Assembly: GCA_040754255.1 (NCBI GenBank)
Contig: JBFMDA010000001.1
Location: forward strand, 2,535 to 66,534
Direction of reading: 5' to 3'
From: Candidatus Omnitrophota bacterium
GTDB lineage: Bacteria; Omnitrophota; Gorgyraeia; Gygaellales; Profunditerraquicolaceae
DNA: 64,000 nucleotides
Each line of letters opens with the position of its first letter. The first letter of the stretch is position 1. The notes under the pieces are model-generated. The model saw only the letters and a list, made by a program, of their open reading frames with translations, was not told where the DNA came from and did not search any database. Positions 45,916 through 55,935 of this stretch are shown piece by piece. The position numbers and the translations under genes are program-made.

Positions 45916-46440
45916 ATGAGCAAAACTATAAGCGAACTTAAACGATTACAAGAACACCGCCAAAACGGCAACAGTCACTCTACAAGTGACGCGTCGCAAC
46001 CTATAAACGCTGAACGTCGTGGGCAATACGCAATACGCAATACGCAATACGAAAAACGCCGTACCTACGCCGTACCCAGCGTTATTATGTATCTACTACT
46101 AACGCTCAACTTCGCTCTATCCCTCGGGCTATTGGCTTTATTCTATAGCTCAAGAACCGAACGCCAAACAACTCTAACCCAGCTTAATTCTACAATTCAG
46201 GCTATGGAACTCTCTAACGCAGCCTTACTAAGCTCGTTCACTAAAAAGTTCAATCAAGCGAGCGTCGAGATAGAAAAGGCGTCAAAGAGGACGGAGGAGA
46301 TGGGGGTAACTGTCAAAGAATTAAACAAGGAGCAAGAAGCGCAACGCTTTGCAATTGAAACCCTTACAAAAGCAAAAAATACACTGTTTAATAGAATAAA
46401 TTTATTAGAAGCAAATTTAAATTCTAAAAGTAACGAATAA
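45916..46440 (+). CDS. hypothetical TM/coiled-coil protein containing an in-frame TACGCAA repeat (start ambiguous)
   Basis: ORF 174 aa with an internal GGCAATACGCAATACGCAATACGCAATACGAAAAA at 46017..46054 translated YAIRNTQYEK. A shorter alternative starts at the ATG at 46087 (TM helix plus coiled coil). Confidence 0.4.
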   Translation: MSKTISELKRLQEHRQNGNSHSTSDASQPINAERRGQYAIRNTQYEKRRTYAVPSVIMYLLLTLNFALSLGLLALFYSSRTERQTTLTQLNSTIQAMELSNAALLSSFTKKFNQASVEIEKASKRTEEMGVTVKELNKEQEAQRFAIETLTKAKNTLFNRINLLEANLNSKSNE

Positions 46441-46475
46441 ATATTAGATAACTATTTATAGGTGTGCATTAAACA

Positions 46476-47828
46476 ATGTATCAACAAATATATAAAAAAT
46501 TAATTTCACCGATTCATGAAAACATATTTAAAAGAAGTAAATTTTTAAATTACCTTGGCTTCTTAGAAGAAAGCCAATGGTGGCCTAGAGACAAATTGCT
46601 TAACTTCCAATGGAAAGAATTACAAAAACTTTTAAAACATAGTTACGAACAAGTTCCCTACTGGTGCGATGTCTTTAAAAAACTAAAAATAAAACCTGAC
46701 GACATAAAGAATTACTCTGATTTTCAAAAATTACCTATTATTGAAAAACAGGATATACGTAGGAATAAAAAGTTAATGGTTGCTCGTAATTATGCGGGTA
46801 AAACTTTTACTAAATCAACAAGCGGTTCAACCGGAATGCCGCTAGAATTGGACTATACCTCGGATAGCTACGATTGGAGAATGGCTGTTTCAAAAAGAGG
46901 CTACAGTTGGGCTGGTTGCGAAGACGGAAAGAAACAGGCTTATTTTTGGGGTGGCGTTTCTGGTAAAGAATCGATTATAAAAAAATGCAAGGAATATTTG
47001 TATCATATGGTATTAAGACAAAAATACATAGATTGCTGTGGGTTTACCGAAAAAAATATGGGTGTCGTATTAGAAAATTTAAATCAGTATGCTCCAGAAG
47101 TAATTATAGGTTATGCAAACCCTATTTATAACTTTTCGAGATTCGTTGAGCGGCACGGTAATCTAAGATTTAAACCAAAGGCAATTATTTCTGCAGCGGA
47201 AAAACTTTATAAGCCTCAAAGAGAAGTTATAGCAAATGCCTTCAAATGCCAGGTATTCAATACATATGGAAGCAGAGAATTCATGCTTATTGCTTCAGAG
47301 TGCGCTGAGCACAAAGGTCTGCATATTAACGTAGAAAACCTTTTTGTTGAAGTCATAAACGAAAGTGGTTTTCAGGCTAAGCCCGGAGAAATGGGAGATG
47401 TTATCATAACTGATTTGCACAATTACGGAATGCCATTTATCCGCTATAGGATCGGGGATATGGCAATACCTACTGATGAAAAATGCGCTTGCGGAAGAGA
47501 GCTACCTCTTTTAGAAGACGTAACTGGAAGAACCCTGGATATTATCAGAACCCCTGATGGACGATATATACCGGGAGAATTTTTTACGCGTTTATTCAGA
47601 GAATTTAACGAAATAAGGCAATTTCAGGTTGTTCAGGATAAATTAGATAGCTTGAACTTAAAGATCATCCGTGAAAAGCAGATATCCGATAAGAGAATAG
47701 ATTTTATTAAGGATGAAGTTGGAAAAATCCTAGGAAAAAAAGTTTCAGTCAAAATAGAATTTGTAGATAATATCCCTTTAACGAAAACAGGAAAATATAG
47801 AGTTACGGTATCAAATATTCCCGGCTAA
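46476..47828 (+). CDS. CapK/PaaK-family adenylate-forming enzyme (phenylacetate-CoA ligase-like), copy 1
   Basis: TSGSTGMPLE AMP-binding P-loop and the conserved YRIGD motif. 450 aa. Confidence 0.7.
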   Translation: MYQQIYKKLISPIHENIFKRSKFLNYLGFLEESQWWPRDKLLNFQWKELQKLLKHSYEQVPYWCDVFKKLKIKPDDIKNYSDFQKLPIIEKQDIRRNKKLMVARNYAGKTFTKSTSGSTGMPLELDYTSDSYDWRMAVSKRGYSWAGCEDGKKQAYFWGGVSGKESIIKKCKEYLYHMVLRQKYIDCCGFTEKNMGVVLENLNQYAPEVIIGYANPIYNFSRFVERHGNLRFKPKAIISAAEKLYKPQREVIANAFKCQVFNTYGSREFMLIASECAEHKGLHINVENLFVEVINESGFQAKPGEMGDVIITDLHNYGMPFIRYRIGDMAIPTDEKCACGRELPLLEDVTGRTLDIIRTPDGRYIPGEFFTRLFREFNEIRQFQVVQDKLDSLNLKIIREKQISDKRIDFIKDEVGKILGKKVSVKIEFVDNIPLTKTGKYRVTVSNIPG

Positions 47829-47829
47829 T

Positions 47830-49188
47830 ATGAGCTCATTATCTTTCGCGGTTAAGAATGCATCAAAATACGCCTACAGTTTAATACCTCTTGAATGGCG
47901 ATTAGGAAAGGAGTTCTTCCGGGAACTGAATTTCTTAGAGAAATCACAATGGTGGTCAAAAGAAGAACTTGAACAATACCAAAATGAACAGCTAAGAAAA
48001 TTAGTAGGACACGCGTATAATAACGTGCCTTATTATTCTCGCCTTTTTAAGGATAGCAAGCTATCTATTTCGGATATAAAAACCATTCAAGACTTACCGA
48101 AAATTCCTCTTTTGGATAAAGAAACTGTAAGAAATAATTTAACGCGGCTTAAAGCAATAAATTTTAGGCCTAGCCGGATGATTAAGCTGAACACCAGCGG
48201 TACAACTGGTCAACCTCTGATATTTTATTACGACAGGCGAATGCGTATGCCCGGGTTTAACGGAACTTTCCTTTGGAGGCATTATGGCTGGGCAGGTCAT
48301 AAAGTAGGGGAGCGCCGGGCAACTCTATCATGCTGGACAATAACAGGAAACAGGAATTTTATCTATAATCCCGTTAATAGGCTGCTTGTGCTTTCTGCTT
48401 ATACCCTGAAACGCGAGAATGCAGAAAAATACGCGGATAAGATGGCAAAATACCAAATTCAATATTTAGACGGGTATCCCAGTTCTATTGAGCTGCTTAC
48501 CTCTTTTTTAAAAGAGAAAGGCTTGAAGAAACCGCCTGTTCAATTAAGGGCAATTTTTTGTTGGGCTGAATATTTATATGATTGGCAGCGAAAAAATATA
48601 GAGGACTTCTGGGGATGCAAATGTTTTGATAGGTATGGGTTGAATGAAAGAGTGATTTGGGGCCTGGAGTGCGAAAAACACGAAGGCCTACATTTAATCT
48701 CTGAATTTGGAATAACCGAATTCTTGGATGACGATAACGATAAAAAGCTCAAGCGCATAATCGCGACAAGCCTGACAAACTATGCAATGCCTTTTATCAG
48801 ATACGAAACCGGGGATGTCGGAAGGCTTCTTGAAAATAAATGCAGTTGTGTCAGAAATTTTCCTCTATTTGAGTTAGGGGGAGGAAGAAAGAGAAATTTT
48901 GCTATAGGTAAAGATGGTGCATATATTCCTGTAGCCAATATAGATATACCGAATGTAAGCGAGAATGTTTTACAGTTTCAATTTATGCAAGATAAAAAAG
49001 GCATGCTTACTCTTAGCATAATAAAGAAACCGGAGTTCCAAGACAAAGATCTTCAGAAAATAAGCACTAAATTGTTTGAGAAGTTTAGTAATAATATGGT
49101 TATAGATATAAGATTTACTGATTCTATATACAAGACTAATAACCAAAAAATCCCAATTTTTATTCAAAAGATTGAAGAATTGAAATGA
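47830..49188 (+). CDS. CapK/PaaK-family adenylate-forming enzyme, copy 2
   Basis: NTSGTTGQPL P-loop and the YETGD motif. Tandem paralog of the preceding gene. Confidence 0.7.
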   Translation: MSSLSFAVKNASKYAYSLIPLEWRLGKEFFRELNFLEKSQWWSKEELEQYQNEQLRKLVGHAYNNVPYYSRLFKDSKLSISDIKTIQDLPKIPLLDKETVRNNLTRLKAINFRPSRMIKLNTSGTTGQPLIFYYDRRMRMPGFNGTFLWRHYGWAGHKVGERRATLSCWTITGNRNFIYNPVNRLLVLSAYTLKRENAEKYADKMAKYQIQYLDGYPSSIELLTSFLKEKGLKKPPVQLRAIFCWAEYLYDWQRKNIEDFWGCKCFDRYGLNERVIWGLECEKHEGLHLISEFGITEFLDDDNDKKLKRIIATSLTNYAMPFIRYETGDVGRLLENKCSCVRNFPLFELGGGRKRNFAIGKDGAYIPVANIDIPNVSENVLQFQFMQDKKGMLTLSIIKKPEFQDKDLQKISTKLFEKFSNNMVIDIRFTDSIYKTNNQKIPIFIQKIEELK

Positions 49189-50882
49189 ATAACTTACTTG
49201 TAAAAAGAATTTCGATTAAAAGAATGGTTCACTACCAAAAAAACTTATTATCAAATATTTATGTTGATGAAGAAGCTAATATAGAACAAATAAAGTCACG
49301 CAGCGATATAAATATTAATTACTTTGCATCGCTTCCTAAAGGACTTCTCGAAGAAATCGGAGCTGAATTTAATCATTTAATTGAAAAAGATACGAGTTGT
49401 TTGGTTGCAATGCATAATAATAACCGCGTAGGCTGTATTTTATTTAATATTCATGGTAAAGCGGATTTTTTGAAACCTTTCTCTTGCAAATTTAATTTCG
49501 GACCGGAACATGTATATGGATTTGGACTTTTTGTTAAACCTGAGTTTAGAAATAAAAAAATCGGTAAAATTTTATATTTTGAGTCATTTAAGTTTTTAAA
49601 AACGCAATTTAAGTATTTTGATATATTTGTAAATTCAGTAGATTTTATACCAAATCAACTTGCACAGAAGTTAGGATTTTATAAAGTAAATGAAGCTGTA
49701 TTAATCAAATTTTTTATTTTTGAATTTAAAGTTTCTTTAAAAAGAAAATATTCAAAAATAATTTTTGAAAGTTTGTATTATTTATTGAAAATTATAAAAG
49801 AGGCGACTAAGCTTTTATTAAAACCTTTAAAATGGGTTTTAAATAAAATTTATAGTATTAATAATAGCCTGCATTTAAAATTATATATTGCTGCTTGCAA
49901 AAAGAATGATGGTGGAGCCCGTTTTGCTTTTATATGCAAAAGCCGGCCCGATAATACCATATTAAAGAGGATTACCGACTTAGACTACGAGATAACTAAA
50001 TATAAAACATTTCGAAAAGTAGATTTAAGAAATGAAGTAAATAACATTTCAGAGAATACCCACTTAATTGTAATCGATGGTAAATATAATTACCTAATAA
50101 ATAAGCTTGGCTATATTAAAGGAATATATTTTATACCTCAATGGGTTAGGCAAACAAACCCCATTTTTCTTGGAATTAACGATTTAGTTAAAACAAATAA
50201 GCTTCGAAAAAGTGAAACTTTGTTGTCCGACATCAAAAAAATTAATAACAGTCATTACGAGTATGAGTTTTTTAAAAATGACCGTTCCTTGTTAGATTTT
50301 TTTTATTATAACATGTATACGCCGTATGTTAATAACCGCTATGGAGATGAAAAATTTCTAACTTCTTATGGAGAAATTTTAAGCTATTTTAAAAAAGGCG
50401 GCTTAATACTCGTAAAAGATGGCGATAGATATGTATCTGGTACAATTGTCAAAATTGAAGATAAGAAATTATCTACATGTAAATCTGGAGTTTTAAATGG
50501 AGATATGAACCTTGTGAAAAAAGGCGTTCTTACCGCATTATTTTATTTTTATTGTAAATTTGCTCAAGATAACGGCCTTACTAAAATAGATTATGGCTTA
50601 AGCCGTCCATTTTTGAATGATGGCGTATTAAGATATAAGGCGAAGTGGAACACAAAAATAGATGTCGACAAAAAAAGCAGTAAAGTTTTTGTACTTAAAA
50701 TTAATCAATTATCTGAATTTACTAGAAATTTTCTAATTAATAACCCATTTATAACTATTGAGAAAAATATCCTTAGAGGTAATGTCTTTTACGATTCAAA
50801 TTCCAAAGAAAACAGAGAAAAGTATTCTATAAATGGTTTATCTGAATTTAAAATGATAAATTTAGATGAAATGGTTGTGTAA
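49185..50882 (+). CDS. two-domain GNAT / FemAB-like acyltransferase (PEP-CTERM-locus FemAB-related type)
   Basis: N-terminal GNAT motif FGLFVKPEFRNKKIGKILY. C-terminal FemAB-like block TKIDYGLS...LRYKAKWNT. 565 aa. Confidence 0.55.
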   Translation: MNNLLVKRISIKRMVHYQKNLLSNIYVDEEANIEQIKSRSDININYFASLPKGLLEEIGAEFNHLIEKDTSCLVAMHNNNRVGCILFNIHGKADFLKPFSCKFNFGPEHVYGFGLFVKPEFRNKKIGKILYFESFKFLKTQFKYFDIFVNSVDFIPNQLAQKLGFYKVNEAVLIKFFIFEFKVSLKRKYSKIIFESLYYLLKIIKEATKLLLKPLKWVLNKIYSINNSLHLKLYIAACKKNDGGARFAFICKSRPDNTILKRITDLDYEITKYKTFRKVDLRNEVNNISENTHLIVIDGKYNYLINKLGYIKGIYFIPQWVRQTNPIFLGINDLVKTNKLRKSETLLSDIKKINNSHYEYEFFKNDRSLLDFFYYNMYTPYVNNRYGDEKFLTSYGEILSYFKKGGLILVKDGDRYVSGTIVKIEDKKLSTCKSGVLNGDMNLVKKGVLTALFYFYCKFAQDNGLTKIDYGLSRPFLNDGVLRYKAKWNTKIDVDKKSSKVFVLKINQLSEFTRNFLINNPFITIEKNILRGNVFYDSNSKENREKYSINGLSEFKMINLDEMVV

Positions 50883-50897
50883 ATTCGCTTATAAACA

Positions 50898-52097
50898 TTG
50901 CTTATGAGTAACAGAGAAGAGACTTCTTGCGTAGTTTTAGGTCTTGGAGTAAATGGCCTTGGCGTAGTAAGAAGCTTGGGTAGGAATCACTTACGCGTAA
51001 TAGGAATATATACTCGGGAAGGGGAGCTAGGCAGACACAGTAGGTATTGTAAAGCTATAAAATTCCCTCTTCTTGAGAAAAATAACCAGGAGTTTTTGGA
51101 TAAACTATGCAATTTAGGTAAAAGCCTTGGTAAAGCAGTAATTTTCTCCACTAATGATAAATATGTCCAATTTGTCTCTGATTTCCGGGACAAGCTATCT
51201 GAATATTTTTTAATTAATTTGCCTGAAAAAGATATTGTTGCAAAGATGAATTCCAAAGACGGGATAAGAGAACTGGCCCAGGAATGCGGGGTAAAGATAC
51301 CCCAAACTAAGCAAATCAATTCAAAAGCTGATCTTGAGTATGTAAATAAACATTTTAATTTCCCCGTGCTTATTAAACCATTTAAAACTTACAATAATGA
51401 ATACTTTAAAGGAAAGAAAAATCTAATAGTGCAATCTCCTAAAGAACTAACTAGCATATATGAGTCCGCCACAGGCTTGTTTTCTACTTCTTTGGCCCAG
51501 GAGATAATACGAGGAGGCGACAACCATATTATAATGCCATCTTTCTATTTTGATAAAGAATCACGCCCTCTTGCTTCTTGCACTACCAGAAAAGTTCGTC
51601 AGTATCTGCCTGATTATGGAATAGCCTGTTATCTTAAAACAGAAGGAGTGCCAAAAGTTGAAGAAATAGCGTTGTCATTTTTACAAAAATTAAAATTTAA
51701 AGGAATTGTGCTTTTAGAATTCGCTGAATCAGTTAAAACAGGCGACTATTATTTATTGGAAGCGAACTTAAGGTCATGTTACGTAAATCAATTATTTAGC
51801 GATTGCGGTATAAATTTTTCTTATATTAATTACCTCTACTTAACAAATCCTTCTTTATTGCAGGGCCTCAAATTCAAACAAAAAAATGGGATATATTGGA
51901 TAGATTTCATTAGGGACTTGGCTTCATTTAGTAGAAAATATAAACAGAATAAAATAACATTTTTTCACTGGTTTAAAACCGCGCTAAAAGCCCGGTCATT
52001 TGCAATTTTTGCCTTTGATGATCTACTGCCGGCTTTTGTATCTCTTTCCCTATTTATAAGGGGCGTTTCCTTGAAACGGTTATCATTAAAAATATGA
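50898..52097 (+). CDS. putative ATP-grasp superfamily ligase
   Basis: Pre-ATP-grasp Gly-rich N-terminus (VVLGLGVNGLGVVRSLGR). Central region with ATP-grasp-like spacing (VLIKP, E..LLEFA). Confidence 0.45.
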   Translation: MLMSNREETSCVVLGLGVNGLGVVRSLGRNHLRVIGIYTREGELGRHSRYCKAIKFPLLEKNNQEFLDKLCNLGKSLGKAVIFSTNDKYVQFVSDFRDKLSEYFLINLPEKDIVAKMNSKDGIRELAQECGVKIPQTKQINSKADLEYVNKHFNFPVLIKPFKTYNNEYFKGKKNLIVQSPKELTSIYESATGLFSTSLAQEIIRGGDNHIIMPSFYFDKESRPLASCTTRKVRQYLPDYGIACYLKTEGVPKVEEIALSFLQKLKFKGIVLLEFAESVKTGDYYLLEANLRSCYVNQLFSDCGINFSYINYLYLTNPSLLQGLKFKQKNGIYWIDFIRDLASFSRKYKQNKITFFHWFKTALKARSFAIFAFDDLLPAFVSLSLFIRGVSLKRLSLKI

Positions 52098-53323
52098 AAA
52101 TCCTTCACATATTAGATCGTTCAATCCCGGATTTAAGCGGTTACAGTATCCGTAGTAAATATATCGTTGAATTCCAAAGAAAGATTGGGCTGGAACCGAT
52201 AGTACTTACATCACCTAAATACCCGCGAATGCCGAAATCAGAGGAAATTAACAATATTACTTATTATCGTTCTTTTCTACCCCAAGATGCATTTTCGTCA
52301 ATAATGCTTAAAATACCGTTTATGCGAGAATTGCTCATAATGGATGTCTTAAAAAAAGATATCCGCAAGCTCGTCAAGCTTCATCAATTTGATATTCTGC
52401 ATGCCCATTCGCCGTCTCTCTGCGGGCTGGCTGCCTCCAAAATAGCAAGAGAATCCGGAATTCCCTTCATTTACGAAGCCCGCGCTCTATGGGAAGACAC
52501 GGCAGTAGATATGCAAAAATTTACTGAGAGGTCTGTTAAATACAAAATAAGCAGGTACCTTGAGACCAAGTTGTTTAAAAAAGTCAGTGCTATAGTAGTT
52601 ATCTGCGAGAGCCTGAAAAAAGAAATCTCAAGCCGCATAGGTACAAACCATATTTATGTCGTTCCTAACGGCGTGAATACTCAAGAGTTCATTCCAAGAG
52701 AGAAGAGTGGCGAGCTTATAAATAAGTATAATCTAAAAGGAAAAACCGTAGTTGGCTTTATCGGCAAGTTTTTCCGATATGAGGGCCTGGATATTTTATT
52801 AAAAAGTATCCCTCTAATTTTGGCAAAAAATAAAAATATGGTATTCATCCTGATTGGAGGAGGAGTAGAAGGGGCTAATATCCTTAAGATGGCGAAAGAA
52901 TTGAAACTTAATGATAACGTTATTTTTCCCGGGTGGGTCCCTCATCAAGAGATCTCTGATTATTACAGTATTATAGATATTTTTGTTTATCCCAGAGTGA
53001 GTAAACGAATAACCGAACTGGTAACCCCCCTGAAGCCTCTGGAGGCTATGGCTATGGGGAAGATGGTAGTAGCCAGTAACGTAGGAGGGCTCAAGGAACT
53101 TATAAAGGATCAAAAAACAGGATTCCTATTTTCTGCTGGAGATAGCGATGATTTAGCTAAAAAGATAGTGTTTTTGTCAGATAAAGATGCGTTGCGAAAG
53201 GAAATAGGCCAGAGAGCCCGTTTGGCTGTTCTATCAGAAAGAGATTGGTCTATTATTGTCCCGAATTACAGGGATATCTATAATACGTTATTGTCAGATA
53301 GGAAAAAACATGAAAATAATTAG
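52094..53323 (+). CDS. glycosyltransferase family 4 (GT-B, group 1)
   Basis: GT4 C-terminal EX7E region (PLKPLEAMAMGKMVVASNVGGLKE). Confidence 0.75.
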   Translation: MKILHILDRSIPDLSGYSIRSKYIVEFQRKIGLEPIVLTSPKYPRMPKSEEINNITYYRSFLPQDAFSSIMLKIPFMRELLIMDVLKKDIRKLVKLHQFDILHAHSPSLCGLAASKIARESGIPFIYEARALWEDTAVDMQKFTERSVKYKISRYLETKLFKKVSAIVVICESLKKEISSRIGTNHIYVVPNGVNTQEFIPREKSGELINKYNLKGKTVVGFIGKFFRYEGLDILLKSIPLILAKNKNMVFILIGGGVEGANILKMAKELKLNDNVIFPGWVPHQEISDYYSIIDIFVYPRVSKRITELVTPLKPLEAMAMGKMVVASNVGGLKELIKDQKTGFLFSAGDSDDLAKKIVFLSDKDALRKEIGQRARLAVLSERDWSIIVPNYRDIYNTLLSDRKKHENN

Positions 53324-54410
53324 CGTTGTTGGCGCGCGCCCTAATTTTATGAAAATCGCCCCTATAATGGATGAGCTCAAAAAACATCCGGAAATTGAAT
53401 CTTTATTAGTCCATACAGGACAGCATTACGATGAGACAATGTCCGACTCTTTTTTTAAAGACTTGGGCATACCTCTACCTAACATAAATCTGGAAGTTGG
53501 TTCAAAATCTCATGCCGTCCAAACTGCGGAAATTATGACCGGATTTGAAAAAGTCATAGTAAAACATAATCCGGATTTAGTAATTGTGGTCGGCGACGTA
53601 ACTTCAACTCTTGCCTGTGCTTTAACCTGCTCCAAAATGAACATACCAGTGGCTCATATAGAAGCAGGATTAAGGAGTTTTGATAGAACCATGCCTGAAG
53701 AAATTAATAGAATTTTAACTGACGCGATCTCCGAATATCTTTTTATCACTGAAAAAAGTGCAGAAATTAATCTATTGCGAGAAGGAAGGCCGAAGGAAAA
53801 AATATATTTTGTAGGCAATGTTATGGTAGATACCTTGCTTAAAAATAAAGAAAGAGCCAACCAATCACTAATTTTATCAGAACTTAACCTTATCGCGGCT
53901 AAAGGCGATACCCTTCCTTACGCATATTTGACGCTGCATAGGCCAAGTAATGTAGATAATAAAAACGTACTACTTGGTATACTGCAAGCCTTGGCTGAAA
54001 TACAGCAACACATCAAAATTATCTGGCCAATTCATCCCCGGACAAAAAAGAAGATCGAAGAATTTAATTTTAGCGATGTGCTGAAGGCAAAGGGAATTAT
54101 TCTTGTCGAACCGTTGGGTTATCTTGATTCTTTGAAGCTGATTTCTGAATCACGATTCACATTGACCGATTCGGGAGGTATCCAGGAAGAAACCACGATA
54201 CTCAATATACCCTGCCTCACGCTACGTAATAATACAGAGCGGCCCGTGACGGTCGAACAAGGAACCAATACCATTGTCGGGATAGATAGAAAGAAAATAG
54301 TTAAAGAATCCCTAAGTAATTTAGAAAAAGGGCGTAACCGCAAACCAGCTCCTAAACTATGGGACGGAAAAGCGGCTGGGCGCATAGTCGAAATTTTAAT
54401 TAAAAAATGA
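53310..54410 (+). CDS. wecB: UDP-N-acetylglucosamine 2-epimerase (non-hydrolysing)
   Basis: MKIISVVGARPNFMKIAPI...HTGQHYD and DSGGIQEE motifs. Start moved to the ATG at 53310, overlapping the upstream stop by 14 nt. Confidence 0.85.
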   Translation: MKIISVVGARPNFMKIAPIMDELKKHPEIESLLVHTGQHYDETMSDSFFKDLGIPLPNINLEVGSKSHAVQTAEIMTGFEKVIVKHNPDLVIVVGDVTSTLACALTCSKMNIPVAHIEAGLRSFDRTMPEEINRILTDAISEYLFITEKSAEINLLREGRPKEKIYFVGNVMVDTLLKNKERANQSLILSELNLIAAKGDTLPYAYLTLHRPSNVDNKNVLLGILQALAEIQQHIKIIWPIHPRTKKKIEEFNFSDVLKAKGIILVEPLGYLDSLKLISESRFTLTDSGGIQEETTILNIPCLTLRNNTERPVTVEQGTNTIVGIDRKKIVKESLSNLEKGRNRKPAPKLWDGKAAGRIVEILIKK

Positions 54411-55930
54411 AGCATCAAAAGTTATTAAAAGACAGTTCTATTTATACCTTACGAGTCATTGTCGCTAATGCTACCTCGGTTCTGCAGGTTATCTTTATTG
54501 CCAGGTTGCTTGGACCGCAATTATTCGGCATGCTTCAGGTCTATCGTATTATTTTGGGATTTACGGCATACGCTACATTCGGCTCATTGTGGGCGATGAT
54601 GAGGGAGATCGCTTTTTACCGGGGAGAGAAAAATTACCAGAAGGTTGAAGAAATAAAGAATATTTCTTTTACCCTAAACATAATAACGTCATTGATTGCA
54701 ACTGTAATTATGGCGGCTCTGATCATCTTTTATCATAAGATATCTTCAATATCTATGTATGAGATGACTATACTTGTCGGAATCGTTATTCTGCAGCAAT
54801 TTTTTAGTTTCTTCGATAAATATCTCCTTGCGGAAAAGAATTTTTTGCTTAACGGAAAGGCTTCCATTTCTTTTCAATTAACAAACTTTTTTGGCATATT
54901 GGTTTTGGGTTATTTTTACGGGCTCACCGGCGTCTTAATAGCCATGCTTTTTTCTTATGCTTTAAGTATTATTTATATTGTTATAACCATTCATTTTAAA
55001 TTTAGATTGTCATTTAATATACAAAAATCCTTGAAGCTTATAAAAATAGGATTTCCTATATTCGGTAATGGTTTGTTGCGCCAAGGAATGGCTTCAGTAG
55101 ACAGATTAATGATCGTTAACTTTTTAGGTAAAATTGAATTAGGCTATTACGGAATAGCGGGGATGATAAAACAATTTATGGGAGAATTCTATATCGCAAT
55201 ATTCACCACCATATTCCCCAGCCTTGCCGAAAAATACGGAGAGACTAAAGATATAAAAAGTGTCAAAAACTATATCTTGAAACCAATGGTTGTTTCGGCA
55301 CACTTAACTCCGCTTTTTATCGGTTCAATCATCATTTGCCTCAGCCCGTTCATCACCTATATTTTACCTAAATATGTTCCTGGGATATCCGCTACAAGTA
55401 TTGCTATTACTTCTTCATATTTTGCCTGTCTTCAGGCAGGGATTCCCAATTTCTTTATTGCAATTAACAAGACTAGCAGGATGTATCCTTTCCAGATTGC
55501 AGCAATAATAATCAGCCTGATTGTTACCTATATTGCCATAAAGCTGGGGTTTGGATTAATAGGGGTCGCCTGCAGCGCAGTCATTTCCTATTTTGTCTTT
55601 GTAACGGCGCTGATAAATTACTTTTTGCAGCACTACTCACTAGGCCTGAATTCAAGAATAAAGTTTTTTGCCTATGTTTATTATCCCTTTGGTTATATGG
55701 TTGCTTCCATCATGATAATAAATTTTATCTTCAGGATAAACTCTTATTCATTTATAGAAGACCTCTTAATAACATCAGGCAAATTATTAATATTCATTCT
55801 TTTGAATATTCCTCTGCTTATATACATTAATAAAAAAACTGCCGTTCTCGGAGAGATAAAGAAATTTAGCTTGAATATGTTAAAAAACAAATTACAACAA
55901 ACTTCTGAAGTTGATATTATAGAAGATTAA
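54407..55930 (+). CDS. wzx: MOP-superfamily polysaccharide flippase (Wzx-like)
   Basis: 507 aa, about 12-14 TM helices, PST-family-like N-terminus. Confidence 0.7.
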   Translation: MKHQKLLKDSSIYTLRVIVANATSVLQVIFIARLLGPQLFGMLQVYRIILGFTAYATFGSLWAMMREIAFYRGEKNYQKVEEIKNISFTLNIITSLIATVIMAALIIFYHKISSISMYEMTILVGIVILQQFFSFFDKYLLAEKNFLLNGKASISFQLTNFFGILVLGYFYGLTGVLIAMLFSYALSIIYIVITIHFKFRLSFNIQKSLKLIKIGFPIFGNGLLRQGMASVDRLMIVNFLGKIELGYYGIAGMIKQFMGEFYIAIFTTIFPSLAEKYGETKDIKSVKNYILKPMVVSAHLTPLFIGSIIICLSPFITYILPKYVPGISATSIAITSSYFACLQAGIPNFFIAINKTSRMYPFQIAAIIISLIVTYIAIKLGFGLIGVACSAVISYFVFVTALINYFLQHYSLGLNSRIKFFAYVYYPFGYMVASIMIINFIFRINSYSFIEDLLITSGKLLIFILLNIPLLIYINKKTAVLGEIKKFSLNMLKNKLQQTSEVDIIED

Positions 55931-55935
55931 ACCCT

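Noticed and set aside
12927-46060. Heptamer tandem arrays as possible CRISPR arrays
   Set aside because: The units are 7 nt with no unique spacers between them and no cas genes. They are degenerate tandem repeats arranged as hairpins, not repeat-spacer arrays.
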